A stretch of 64,000 nt of DNA from Candidatus Dojkabacteria bacterium (GCA_016927995.1 JAFGLO010000004.1:955-64954), one strand, 5' to 3'. Counted from the first letter of the stretch, positions 1 through 10,099 are shown. Translations and numbers: made by a program. The notes: a model not told the origin generated them from the sequence alone.

Positions 1-768
1 AAGGTCTTTGCTTATGGCTTTAATCTCTGCCCGCATGGTTTTGTAAGCCTTTACAGGATCATCGTTTTCAAGGCTAATAACATGTGCAACATTTCTAACG
101 TGTTCGGTATGCTTTAAAAACTTTGTACCAAGGCCTTTACCTTTATGAGTGTCCTCGATAAGTCCTGGCAAGTCCATAATTTTAATGCCATTCATTACAC
201 CGATTTGCGGGTCAAGTGTTGTAAATTCATATGGGGCAACTTTAACTTTGGCATTGGTGAGTGCATTTAAAAGACTCGACTTTCCGGCGTTTGGATATCC
301 AATAAACATAATATCTGCCTTCATTTTAAAGATCATGTGGACGTTTATGGGTTCCGGAGTCGCTCTTGGTAAGTTTGTTTTTACTTCAGGGTGTTTTTTT
401 CGGGATACGTTACCAAGTCCCCCCTTGCAACCATTACGTAATCTTACGATTTGGTTATGAGTATCAATTATGTAGGTGATCGGTTCTTTAAGCTCAACGG
501 TAACCTCAGTGGTTAATGGCACAAGCAATATAAGATCCTTGCCTCGACTTCCATTTCGGTTGTTTCTTCTTCCGAATTCTCCGTTATCGGCTTTATATAA
601 ATGCCAGGGTTTAAAAAAATTAAGATCGTAAATATTTTCCGAACCTTTTACGAAAACACTGCCGCCTCTACCGCCATCTCCGCCATTGGCTCTTCTTAGA
701 AATATATAGTTAGATCCGATCCCTCCCTTTCCAACCATTATTTTTATTGATATTTTGTCTTTTAACAT
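1..768 (-). CDS. obgE: Obg/CgtA GTPase (3' end runs off the window)
   Basis: Manual translation from ATG at 768: MLKDKISIKIMVGKGGIG...GGDGGRGGSV (Gly-rich Obg fold), G1 GYPNAGKSS, PYEFTTL, G3 DLPGLIE, GKGLGTKFLKH. Missing from the ORF track because it is truncated. Confidence 0.93.
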   Translation of the reverse strand, partial: MLKDKISIKIMVGKGGIGSNYIFLRRANGGDGGRGGSVFVKGSENIYDLNFFKPWHLYKADNGEFGRRNNRNGSRGKDLILLVPLTTEVTVELKEPITYIIDTHNQIVRLRNGCKGGLGNVSRKKHPEVKTNLPRATPEPINVHMIFKMKADIMFIGYPNAGKSSLLNALTNAKVKVAPYEFTTLDPQIGVMNGIKIMDLPGLIEDTHKGKGLGTKFLKHTEHVRNVAHVISLENDDPVKAYKTMRAEIKAISKDL

Positions 769-904
769 AATATCTATTATAGCAGTATTTGATTGATAAT
801 GTGGTATAATAACAATATGAAACACAATTCTAGATCTTCGGGATCTTCAAATTTCCCTTATTGAATCTGCAAAGGTGTTGTAAATAACGTAAAAGGAGTG
901 AACA

Positions 905-1750
905 ATGAATATACTATTATTGCCCGCAGTTGAGAATTTTTCAAGAATCGAAAGTTCCCTGGGAAACAATCATACCTATACAAAAGGATACTTTAAGGAC
1001 CTTGTGTTTAAGTTTAACAGCGAACCTAAAGTTCATTTAGCCGGTAAGGATATTAAAGAGTTTGATTTTGTGTGGCTGTCATCCTACTGGGAGACAAGAG
1101 ATCTTGCGTATGCTATTAGTTTGTATCTAACTGCACATAATGTTAGGCATACAAAAGTTGAGGCTTCCGGGTCAAAAATTGTGGATCACATGATCTTTAA
1201 TCTTGCAGGAATAAGCGTACCGGACACGTTTTTTTCGCTATTTTGGTCTAATCCCGTAGTTATACAAAGGGTTAAAGATTACTGTAGCTATCCTATTGTA
1301 ATAAAAGATATTCGTGGTTGTAGAGGAAAATTTGCAAATAAAGTTGATTCCGAGATCGAGTTTGAAGAGGCAATAAAAGGATTACCTTTTTATAAAAAGT
1401 TTATGTACCAAACATATATTCCAAATGATTTTGACTGGGGTGTACTTGTTGCTAATGGAAAGATTGTTGCCGGCGAAAAGAGTTTCCCTAAAAAGGGTGA
1501 GTTTAGAAATAATGCTTGTAACGGTGCAACTGAGAGTTTTGTACCGGTTAGTGAAATTCCTTTAGAAATAAAAGAAATTGCAATTAAGTCGGTAGCTTCA
1601 CTTTGTCTTTCTTGGGGTAGAGCCGACATTATTGTAAACAAAGACACAGGCAAACCATATCTTCTAGAGGTTAATCGATATCCCGGGATAACAAAAGGTT
1701 CCGATGAGGAATCTGCCGCAATCGGGTACATTAATTATTTATTGAAATAA
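905..1750 (+). CDS. RimK-family ATP-grasp ligase
   Basis: YPIVIKDIRGCRGK, YQTYIP, EFRNN, GRADII, LEVNRYPG motifs; AGGAG SD upstream. Confidence 0.85.
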   Translation: MNILLLPAVENFSRIESSLGNNHTYTKGYFKDLVFKFNSEPKVHLAGKDIKEFDFVWLSSYWETRDLAYAISLYLTAHNVRHTKVEASGSKIVDHMIFNLAGISVPDTFFSLFWSNPVVIQRVKDYCSYPIVIKDIRGCRGKFANKVDSEIEFEEAIKGLPFYKKFMYQTYIPNDFDWGVLVANGKIVAGEKSFPKKGEFRNNACNGATESFVPVSEIPLEIKEIAIKSVASLCLSWGRADIIVNKDTGKPYLLEVNRYPGITKGSDEESAAIGYINYLLK

Positions 1751-1836
1751 CACTAAGATTGTTTTTTGTTTTTGAAATTGCCTAGAATTTTCCCTGATGG
1801 TATATTGTATATACAGTTAAGTTTGTACAATACCTC

Positions 1837-2916
1837 ATGAGTAAACTTAAGGAAGTATTCGATCGTATTTATGCCGGTACCAACGTACCTTTTTTGGAAC
1901 CGGAAGTATATTCCGGTATTCTTGACAAAATAGACGGAAAAACAACTGAAATTGCAAGTAAACTAAATATCACAATTTCAGAAGAAGAGAGTTGGGATCT
2001 GGAACTTCTAAAGGGGCTTCTAAGAAAGGGAATGAATCCGGTGGCACTTGAACCTAATCTCATAAGTACTGCGCTTTTAGTGGAGGAAGGATTAAAATCG
2101 TTCCCGGGGAAAGAGCACTTTAAGATTTTGGAACTTGGCTTTGGTGCCGGATGGTCAACGATTGGACTTTGGAATCACTTAAAATCTACACTTGGTTCAT
2201 CATTTACATTATATTCATGTGATAAATCTGTATATGCGGCAGGGACAACCGTACTAATGCTTGAATATTTTAAAATTCCTTACAAGTTTGCAGAAAGAAA
2301 TGAGCTAGGAGAGGATGAGTTTAATGGAGTTGTTATAGTTGTCGACAACTTTGAAAATACAGTGCAAAGATTTAAAAACAACACCTTGCACGCAGCATAT
2401 TCAAATCATGGTGTGGCATATTTGTCAATTACCGACTATGTAGGCTTACTTATAGCGCTATACGAAAAGGTCAAAAAGGGTGGATCGGTAATTTCTGATT
2501 CATTAAATCCTGATTTAATAATAAATTTGAATCAAAACAAAATTAAGATGCGGGTTCTTTTGGGAGGTAACGTTAGAAAGTTAAATAGAAATCCTGAACT
2601 TGTAGGTGTTACTATTATGAACGGTTATGTCACAGATGCGTATGATTACTCTGCTGCAAGATTTTTGGACTTTATGCATTACCTATTCTTTAGAAATCAA
2701 AGGATGTTTAAACTCTATATGGATGCAATAAGTAGTTCTGAAGAATCACAAAAGCTTTTAAGAGAGTGGGTGAAGGTTCCCTCCTCAGATTTTTATGTTT
2801 TGCTAAAATATAACTCCAAGCTGATTCCATTTAAAACAGTAGAAATTCCAAGCGTTTTTGCAAAGAAATATGTTAGGGAGCATCCTTACGTAGAAGCAGT
2901 ATGGTTTAAAAAATAA
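1837..2916 (+). CDS. class I SAM-dependent methyltransferase
   Basis: Motif I ILELGFGAGW, then SCDKS and AAYSNHGVAYL. Confidence 0.7.
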   Translation: MSKLKEVFDRIYAGTNVPFLEPEVYSGILDKIDGKTTEIASKLNITISEEESWDLELLKGLLRKGMNPVALEPNLISTALLVEEGLKSFPGKEHFKILELGFGAGWSTIGLWNHLKSTLGSSFTLYSCDKSVYAAGTTVLMLEYFKIPYKFAERNELGEDEFNGVVIVVDNFENTVQRFKNNTLHAAYSNHGVAYLSITDYVGLLIALYEKVKKGGSVISDSLNPDLIINLNQNKIKMRVLLGGNVRKLNRNPELVGVTIMNGYVTDAYDYSAARFLDFMHYLFFRNQRMFKLYMDAISSSEESQKLLREWVKVPSSDFYVLLKYNSKLIPFKTVEIPSVFAKKYVREHPYVEAVWFKK

Positions 2917-2918
2917 TT

Positions 2919-5237
2919 ATGAGTCCGGAACAGATTCTTACTAAAATTCTGAATATGCGAATAGAGAACTTTCTTGTTTTGTTTTGGGGAGTGTTGTCTG
3001 TAGTTATTGCCATTTACGTTGGGATAAAGGGGAAGTCGCGCGTGTCAAGTCTTTTGTACGCATTTATTTCTACAATAACCGGACCACTGTGGTCAATAGC
3101 AATTGCATTTTTTAGGGAATCAACAGATATCCCAACCGCGCTGTTTTGGGATCAGATAATCTATCTGGTGTCAATACTTATTGCTCCACTTTTTTACACG
3201 TTCTCAACGTTTTTTCCGAGAGAAAAGAAGTTTCCTATTACAATGATGCTTGTTTCTGTTTTGGGTTTTTCCTATTTTCTTTATGAAATATATTTTGGAA
3301 AGAACTTTATAGCAGAGATAATTCTTAATGACAATGGAAACACAATAAGGATAGGATATGCATACGTTATTTGGTTCGTGTGGTTTGTACTCTTAATGGG
3401 ACTGGGACAGTTAAGAATTTTAAAGGAGTTTTTTAGCCTAAAGGGAACGGAACGGGAACAGGTCAAATATCTGACTTGGGGTATACTTCTTCCCGCACTA
3501 GGAACTATTCCAACTAATGCCTTATTTCCGCTTTGGGGCGAGTACCGTTTCATATGGATAGGTCCTTATTTTATGATCGCAATGCATATTGTTGTAACAT
3601 ATGGAATTACTAGAGCAAGATTTAGAAATATCTCATCGGTAATAGGTGCAATTTTGAGATTTTTTTGTGGGTTTTTGTATTTGATCGGTGCGTTTACCAT
3701 AATAAACTATTTGTATATTTATCTTTTTTCAAATGGATTTTCCGAGATTTTCATTCCTGTTGTGTTTGGGGTTGGGGTAATCTTGGGGGCACCTGCAATT
3801 TACCTTTTTAAGATAATTGATCAGTTAATTGATTCTTCACTTCAGGGCACCCAAAATCTTGATGAGTTAATGGATTTGCTCTTCCGCAAGATTCAAACGG
3901 AATTGAGTATTCTAAAGCTTACGAACCTAATAGCGTCATATCTTTCAGAAATTTTTAAAGCAACCGGCAGTGGAATAATGATAATTAATAATGAGACCAA
4001 AGAGGTTGAACATGAGGCATTTTCGGGGTTTGACGATCTGTCGACAGAAAAATTGATTCCGCTTGCATCTTTTTGGGATGAGATATACGAAAAAGGTGAA
4101 CCAATAATTCTCTCCGAGCTTGAATATATTATAAAGCTTGGATTGTCGTTACCCAGAAGTAAAAGTGCCCAGAAAGTTATTGAAATTATTGACTTCATGT
4201 CTAAACACAATATTGAAGTGATTATTCCTCTTAGCGAGAAACTAAATCTTTCCGGTCTTATAATCCTTTCCAGGAAAAAGGGAGATGCTCCTTATTGGGT
4301 TGAGGATATAAAGAACCTTAAGTTGTTAACTGAACGTATATCACTTTCTGTTAGCAGGGCTCTTTTGTATGATCAGATAAACGATTTTAATCGGACACTT
4401 CAAACAAGAGTAACCAAAGCGACTCAGAAAGTTAAGGATAAGAATAAAATATTGCGGGAGAACCTTAGGAGAGAACGAGATCTTATAGACATAATGGGTC
4501 ATGAACTTAGAACGCCGCTTACAATTATTCGGAACTGTTTTGATCTTGTACTTGTAAACATGCGGGCTAAAAATACTAAAGGTGTTCTTACCTGGGTAGA
4601 AAAGGGAATTGCTGGAACCAAACGAGGTATCGATATTTTAGAAAGTATGCTCACAACGACTAAAATCGATAAAAACAAAATCCAGGTTGTTATGGAAAAA
4701 GTATCATTATCTGAACTAGCTAAGTCGGTTGTAGATGGACTTACAAAAGAGGCATCCATTAAGGGGCTTGAGTTTAAATCACAAGTTGAAGACAGAATAT
4801 TTGTTTATGCTGATACTGATAAAGTGCTTCAAATCATTAATAACCTAGTTAATAATGCAATAAAGTATACTGATGCCGGTTACATAAGGCTCTTGATCGA
4901 ACGAAGGGGTGACAATGTTATTCTCGAGGTATCTGATACAGGAGTTGGTATTAGTAAGGAAGATATTAAAAACCTTGGGAAGAAATTTTTTAGATCTAAT
5001 CCGTATATAGGTAAAGAGGAAGGAGTATCGGAAATTGTACGTCCCGGTGGTACGGGCCTTGGATTATATGTGGTTTTTAACTATGTGAAGTATTTGAATG
5101 GGGATATAAGTGTTAAAAGTGGACTTGGTAAAGGTACTACATTCACGGTGACTCTTCCTGTTTTTGAAGGACAAAAAACAAAATCTTCTAAGGGATTTTC
5201 AACGGACAAGTTTGAAAAGTTAAAGAAAGAGGTATAA
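2919..5237 (+). CDS. membrane sensor histidine kinase (multi-TM N-terminus, GAF-like, HisKA, HATPase)
   Basis: About 9 hydrophobic helices; H box MGHELRTPLT; N box NLVNNAIKYT; G1 VSDTGVGI; G2 GTGLGL. Confidence 0.92.
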   Translation: MSPEQILTKILNMRIENFLVLFWGVLSVVIAIYVGIKGKSRVSSLLYAFISTITGPLWSIAIAFFRESTDIPTALFWDQIIYLVSILIAPLFYTFSTFFPREKKFPITMMLVSVLGFSYFLYEIYFGKNFIAEIILNDNGNTIRIGYAYVIWFVWFVLLMGLGQLRILKEFFSLKGTEREQVKYLTWGILLPALGTIPTNALFPLWGEYRFIWIGPYFMIAMHIVVTYGITRARFRNISSVIGAILRFFCGFLYLIGAFTIINYLYIYLFSNGFSEIFIPVVFGVGVILGAPAIYLFKIIDQLIDSSLQGTQNLDELMDLLFRKIQTELSILKLTNLIASYLSEIFKATGSGIMIINNETKEVEHEAFSGFDDLSTEKLIPLASFWDEIYEKGEPIILSELEYIIKLGLSLPRSKSAQKVIEIIDFMSKHNIEVIIPLSEKLNLSGLIILSRKKGDAPYWVEDIKNLKLLTERISLSVSRALLYDQINDFNRTLQTRVTKATQKVKDKNKILRENLRRERDLIDIMGHELRTPLTIIRNCFDLVLVNMRAKNTKGVLTWVEKGIAGTKRGIDILESMLTTTKIDKNKIQVVMEKVSLSELAKSVVDGLTKEASIKGLEFKSQVEDRIFVYADTDKVLQIINNLVNNAIKYTDAGYIRLLIERRGDNVILEVSDTGVGISKEDIKNLGKKFFRSNPYIGKEEGVSEIVRPGGTGLGLYVVFNYVKYLNGDISVKSGLGKGTTFTVTLPVFEGQKTKSSKGFSTDKFEKLKKEV

Positions 5238-5273
5238 TAATACAAAATAAAATTATTGAATAATCTAAGAAAA

Positions 5274-7268
5274 ATGAAAAACTATATAAGACCTGCGTTG
5301 TTTGCTGTACTTGCATTTGCCTTGGTGCTACCGATTTTTATTTCGCCTACCTATGCTGCAACTATTTACGGTGAAGGTAATTTTACCGGTGCCAGTGCAA
5401 CCGGGGATGCCTCTACTTACTCAAAAGATAATACTCCCACATACACATTTACAGCTACAAACACTTCGGGAAGTGAACTTACCAATGTGAAATGTGTTTT
5501 TACTCCAGTGGATCTAAATGGAACAATAAAATATCCCGATTACATTGACTTTATTTCGGGAACAGCTACAGTTGGGGGATCAACTTATGCAATTTCCAAG
5601 GCCAGCGACCCGTCCGGCTGGTATGCTACTTCCGAAGAATTTTCCGTTCCTAATGGGACATCGGTTTTATGTAGTATTAAGATAAAAATATTAAATAACA
5701 CACCGACTAACCCTGACATTGATCCACTCGGTTATGCAAAATTTCCTTTGGAATATGGAATTTATGGGTGGGGAAGCACTGTTTATGCGGATTCAAGTAT
5801 AAAAGTAATCCAAGAGGCAGGTGTAGTGGAGGCACTAACCCTTAGTGTTACCGGTTCAGGTTTGTATAAAGACACCGATACAGCCACATTTAAATCTACA
5901 ATAAAGAATATTTCATCGGTAATGGTAAATACTATTTGTGGTTTTGCTCCGGGGGAAATAACAGGAACAGGTTACGGGAATTTCTATGATTACATGGAAT
6001 TTTCTTCTGCCAAGGCTACGGTTGGGACAACAAGTTACACAGTAAATAAAGTAGAAGATACATCAAAGCCGGGATTTTGGAAACTCGAGTCAGCTATTTT
6101 TCAGTTACCTGCGGGAGGGACTGCAATCTGTGAATTTAACGTAAAAATAAAAAAAGAAGCCCCACTAAAACTCGATACCGCAAAACTTGGTTACATGTCG
6201 ATAAATATAGGTATGACTGCATCAAAGTCTGATGGGTCAAGTTATAAATCGGAAACTGTATATTTAAAGATAGAGAACGAGTCATTGGCTGCTGTTGCGA
6301 GTATTAAACTCCCATCGATATTTGGAGGAGATACAACGAATTTTTCCAATTTAACTGATGAATCGGCAAAAAAAATAGAAGATTTTACACTTGAAGTAGT
6401 CGGGAAAGGGAAGATTGTTTACAAGGAAACAGTAAATCTTTCTGGTGATGCAATAATCGTACGCATGGAGAAGCTTGATGAATACGTAATGATCAACTCG
6501 GGAAGCGTTGAAGTAAAAACAGACCGCTTTTCGGAGCTTAATAAACCGGCAACGGTTTATCTATATGGACTTAATCTAGTTAAGATTGAAGAGCTGCCCT
6601 TTACTATTTATAATGACGGTAAGGCTTCTTCCGGTGCAGTTTCGAATGTCAGATACGAAAATAAAGTTCTAAGTTTTGATGTAACGGGGTTTTCCAGATA
6701 CTCTTTCGTTCCGGGGATTTCCTATGAATATGAAAGAGTAGACGGAAAATTAAAAGTTGATGGATTTGTGAACGATCTCGATGCAATAATTAAACTTATT
6801 GCCGGTGATAAAGAAGTTGTTCTAGAGGTTTCAGACGACGGTAGTTTTAAAGGTGAAATTGATGCTGATAGTGGTTCAGCAGTTAAGCTTTTAGCAACCG
6901 GGATAAGTGGTGATAAGATGGAAAAACTACTTGAAGGCGAAAGTGGATCAGGTAAATCTGCCGAAAATGAAAAGCTCTTTTTGGGGCTTGATAGTGTGAG
7001 TTGGATGTTGATAGGTGGCGGATTTTTAATCTTCATGGGTGGCTTTACCTTTATTGCATACAAAAAGGGTTGGCTTAAAAAGTGGATGGAGGCTGGTAAA
7101 AAATTTGGTGAGAAACTAAGGGTAAAATTTTCTAAAAAAGGTGCAAAACCCGTTTTGGAGATTGAAGTTTCTAAGGCGGATATAGCGTCGGATGAAAACT
7201 TAGGTACAAACAAGGTTACAACGAAGACCGGTGATGAGATTACTTTTAACGAGGTTAAGGATAATTAA
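5274..7268 (+). CDS. secreted surface protein with two repeated beta-sandwich (DUF11-like) units and a C-terminal TM anchor
   Basis: Signal peptide MKNYIRPALFAVLAF...TYAA; internal repeat; TM WMLIGGGFLIFMGGFTFIAY followed by KK. The ORF is open from 5256. Confidence 0.7.
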   Translation: MKNYIRPALFAVLAFALVLPIFISPTYAATIYGEGNFTGASATGDASTYSKDNTPTYTFTATNTSGSELTNVKCVFTPVDLNGTIKYPDYIDFISGTATVGGSTYAISKASDPSGWYATSEEFSVPNGTSVLCSIKIKILNNTPTNPDIDPLGYAKFPLEYGIYGWGSTVYADSSIKVIQEAGVVEALTLSVTGSGLYKDTDTATFKSTIKNISSVMVNTICGFAPGEITGTGYGNFYDYMEFSSAKATVGTTSYTVNKVEDTSKPGFWKLESAIFQLPAGGTAICEFNVKIKKEAPLKLDTAKLGYMSINIGMTASKSDGSSYKSETVYLKIENESLAAVASIKLPSIFGGDTTNFSNLTDESAKKIEDFTLEVVGKGKIVYKETVNLSGDAIIVRMEKLDEYVMINSGSVEVKTDRFSELNKPATVYLYGLNLVKIEELPFTIYNDGKASSGAVSNVRYENKVLSFDVTGFSRYSFVPGISYEYERVDGKLKVDGFVNDLDAIIKLIAGDKEVVLEVSDDGSFKGEIDADSGSAVKLLATGISGDKMEKLLEGESGSGKSAENEKLFLGLDSVSWMLIGGGFLIFMGGFTFIAYKKGWLKKWMEAGKKFGEKLRVKFSKKGAKPVLEIEVSKADIASDENLGTNKVTTKTGDEITFNEVKDN

Positions 7269-7301
7269 GCGGCTGCCTATATAATTTAAAATTTTAGTTA
7301 C

Positions 7302-7751
7302 ATGGCAAAGGAGACCTGGATACAAAAGCGTGACAAAGAAACAAAATCGCAACGCAAAATGACCCCAAAGGGAATGATGTATATTTCAACCCCTACGGAA
7401 ATTAACGAAATGATAAGAAAGATTCCTAAAGGCAAAGTTACAACGACTAAGCAAATGACCGACTTTTTGAGTAAGAAATACAAAACAGATTTTACTTGCC
7501 CATTAACTACAGGGATATTTGTTAGTATATGTGCAAATGCGGCACAAGAAGAAGAAGCTTCGGGTAAAAAAGATGTTGTGCCTTATTGGAGAGTAATTAA
7601 AGACAAGGGTAAACTATATGACAAATATCTTGGAAATACCGATACAAAACAGAAAAAGCTTTTGGAATCCGATGGGCAAAAAATTGTGCCACCCAAGCGT
7701 GGTAAAGGTGAAATAGTAGAAAATTGGGAGGATTCTTTGTTTGAGTTTTAA
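7302..7751 (+). CDS. MGMT/alkyltransferase-like DNA-binding protein
   Basis: IPKGKVTT and VPYWRV motifs; PYWR replaces the catalytic PCHR. Confidence 0.75.
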   Translation: MAKETWIQKRDKETKSQRKMTPKGMMYISTPTEINEMIRKIPKGKVTTTKQMTDFLSKKYKTDFTCPLTTGIFVSICANAAQEEEASGKKDVVPYWRVIKDKGKLYDKYLGNTDTKQKKLLESDGQKIVPPKRGKGEIVENWEDSLFEF

Positions 7752-7809
7752 AAGGGCTGGTTTGAAATCCGACCTGTACAAAATCCTCCCGTACGAAACC
7801 GACAAAGGT

Positions 7810-8208
7810 TTATTCGGTAGTCACGCCGTCAAAATCAGCTTCGTTTGCCATGGCTTCCTCTTTTGTTGCCCTAACAATTCCGTCTTTATGATGAGCGGGT
7901 GAATAAATTGTGTAAAGCTTAAGCTCTTCTGTAGCTGAAGTATTAATTATATTGTGCTTTGCACCTTTGGGAACCACGATTGCACTGCCGTCTTTAACCT
8001 GATACTCGTTACCGTCAATTACAACTCTCCCGGTACCTGCCTCAAAACGGAAGAATTGATCGTTTTCCGGATGAATCTCTTCGCCGATGTCTTCCATTGG
8101 TTTAAGGCTCATAAGTACAAGCTGGCTAGCTTTTCCTGTGTAAAGTACCTTTCGGAAATTGGCGTTTTTGAGGGTTTCCTCTTCGATATTTATGTGAAAA
8201 CCGTGCAT
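7810..8208 (-). CDS. cupin domain protein
   Basis: NFRKVLYTG, QLVLMSL, EIHPENDQFFRFEAG, PKGAKHNIIN, LYTIYSP. Confidence 0.9.
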   Translation of the reverse strand: MHGFHINIEEETLKNANFRKVLYTGKASQLVLMSLKPMEDIGEEIHPENDQFFRFEAGTGRVVIDGNEYQVKDGSAIVVPKGAKHNIINTSATEELKLYTIYSPAHHKDGIVRATKEEAMANEADFDGVTTE

Positions 8209-8253
8209 TTTGGGGTAGTAAAAACTTATTTAACTAATTCTATTATACACGTT

Positions 8254-8967
8254 TTATCTGTTCCTATAAAAGACAAATTTATAATCTAGCGTATCGTTAT
8301 TTGAAGCCAACTGCCAAGGGGCATCCCATTTTAAGTAATTTTCAAACTCTGTAATATTTAAATTTGATAACCTGGCAAGTACCCAATCAATGTGATTTAA
8401 TTCCTGTATACTGACTAGGTTTGAAAAATTTGGATCTCTTGTGGGAAGATATTTTTTCTGAAGATAAGCAAATTGCTTACTTTCAATAATTTCGATCTCC
8501 TTTAGAGCTGCCATCTTTTTAATTAGTTTTTCAAAGTAGAGCGGTTTAGGTCCGACAGGTTTTTTTACGTAAGTTGCATCTATGATATGTTTTTTATATT
8601 TTTTGTAGTAATCAAAATCAATGAAATAAAGAATATAGAAGATAGTATTCTTATAGATATTGGGTTTTGCACCGATTTTTGTGAGAATATAAAGAAGAAT
8701 TTCTTTATATTTTCTATAGTTGGGCTTGGGTCGAATGGTTTCGAAGGAAACGTCAATTATTCGATCGGCGGTATGCGGTTTATTTACAAGTTGGTCAATG
8801 GATATACCTAGGATTCTTGCAAGTTCTTCGGCTTTTGTGAGTGTGAGATCTCTTTCCCCTTTTTCTATTAGGACATAAGTTTGACGTGATATTCCAAGCT
8901 TTCGTGCAATATATGATTGCGTAAGATTTCTTTCTTCCCTTAGTTCGCGAAGATATTCTTTAGTCAT
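8254..8967 (-). CDS. XRE-HTH + DUF4065 (Panacea/SocA-like) protein
   Basis: LRELREERNLTQSYIARKLGISRQTY HTH; LYFIDFDYY, YVKKPVGP and DAPW motifs. Start placed at ATG 8967. Confidence 0.75.
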   Translation of the reverse strand: MTKEYLRELREERNLTQSYIARKLGISRQTYVLIEKGERDLTLTKAEELARILGISIDQLVNKPHTADRIIDVSFETIRPKPNYRKYKEILLYILTKIGAKPNIYKNTIFYILYFIDFDYYKKYKKHIIDATYVKKPVGPKPLYFEKLIKKMAALKEIEIIESKQFAYLQKKYLPTRDPNFSNLVSIQELNHIDWVLARLSNLNITEFENYLKWDAPWQLASNNDTLDYKFVFYRNR

Positions 8968-9114
8968 TGGAGATGTGGATAGCTTAGTTATGAGTTTATC
9001 ATACAGATGTACACAAAGCGTTACAGGTGATGTGTAAACAAAACAGTACACTTCTATGGCTTACTGTCACAATAGGTGAGTGGGTTCATCAAGGTACAGC
9101 GATATGTGGGATTT

Positions 9115-9882
9115 CTATTCTTCCGGAATTGAAGGAGGAAGATTAAGCACTTTTTCCGAAAAGGTCTCCGAAAGTGCAAAAATTAAAGCAAGTCCAAATT
9201 TTACCAACCAGAAAAAAATAAAAAACGCAGCAAGTGAATGAAATGGTGCTGCAAAAAAGAAAGCAAAGAGGTATCCGAACCAATTCGTAATAAGTTCTCC
9301 AATAGCGGGCCCCCAGTATTTAGATTTCCAACCTTTCCGGACCGCCATCATGACATATATTTCGATTACATGCCACAATCCTGCAAGCATCCAAATGTAT
9401 GATGGAATCGATCTAATAAATGTAATAAGATTATTCCATTCGTATTCAAGATGTAACGTGTTATCATCAGAACAAACCAGCCTGCTTGTATTTCCTACCG
9501 TTTCGTAATGGCAGCTAGGATCTGTTACGTTTTTTAGAAAAAATGATACCAATATAAAAAAGACAATAGGAATAAATGTTAGCATAAATATGACAAGGAT
9601 ATTTGCTAACAGTAGACCAATTCCTTTTAATACTTTTGTGCCTGTCTTACCGAATCCAATTCCGAAAAAAGAAAAGTTTATATTTGTAGTAAACGTTGCC
9701 TCAGGTAACTTTTTAAGTTTAAAGATTCCAAATAAATGTTTTCCAAGAAATGCCGGAAAAGATAATAGGTAAATCGCCATTATTAATCCGACTAGGGCAT
9801 TATCATCCTTCTTTAGCACAAAGTATAATGGAATTATGAATAGATATGGTATTAGAACGAGGTATGGTTTTATTGTTTTCAC
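9115..9882 (-). CDS. multi-pass membrane protein of unknown function
   Basis: 255-aa ORF with about 6 hydrophobic segments. Confidence 0.65.
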   Translation of the reverse strand: MKTIKPYLVLIPYLFIIPLYFVLKKDDNALVGLIMAIYLLSFPAFLGKHLFGIFKLKKLPEATFTTNINFSFFGIGFGKTGTKVLKGIGLLLANILVIFMLTFIPIVFFILVSFFLKNVTDPSCHYETVGNTSRLVCSDDNTLHLEYEWNNLITFIRSIPSYIWMLAGLWHVIEIYVMMAVRKGWKSKYWGPAIGELITNWFGYLFAFFFAAPFHSLAAFFIFFWLVKFGLALIFALSETFSEKVLNLPPSIPEE

Positions 9883-9921
9883 GTATTCCGATTTTTATGG
9901 ATTTAAAATAATCACTATTTT

Positions 9922-10021
9922 AACGGAGAGGACCATGCCAGAGGCAGAACAGGTTCTCACCTTTTTTGTCCGTTGCTGGTTGACCCCACATTCGTTGGGA
10001 TCATTCAGCAACGGAGAGGAC
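9922..10021. repeat. 12-bp duplication of the tRNA-Ser 3' end with an intervening hairpin
   Basis: aacggagaggac at 9922-9933 and 10010-10021; inverted repeat tccgttgctg (9969-9978) / cagcaacgga (10006-10015). Confidence 0.75.
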
Positions 10022-10099
10022 AGGATTCGAACCTGCGGTTCCGACAAGCGGAACACTTGCTCTCCAAGCAAGCGCTTTCGACCACTCAGCCACCTCTCC
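10012..10099 (-). tRNA. tRNA-Ser(GGA)
   Basis: GGAGAGG acceptor stem, anticodon arm CTTGC-TTGGAGA-GCAAG, long variable arm, GGTTCGAATCC T-arm; CCA not encoded. Confidence 0.95.

Noticed and set aside
149-460. 103-aa plus-strand ORF
   Set aside because: Antisense shadow of obgE. The many short ORFs overlapping long genes in the track were rejected for the same reason.
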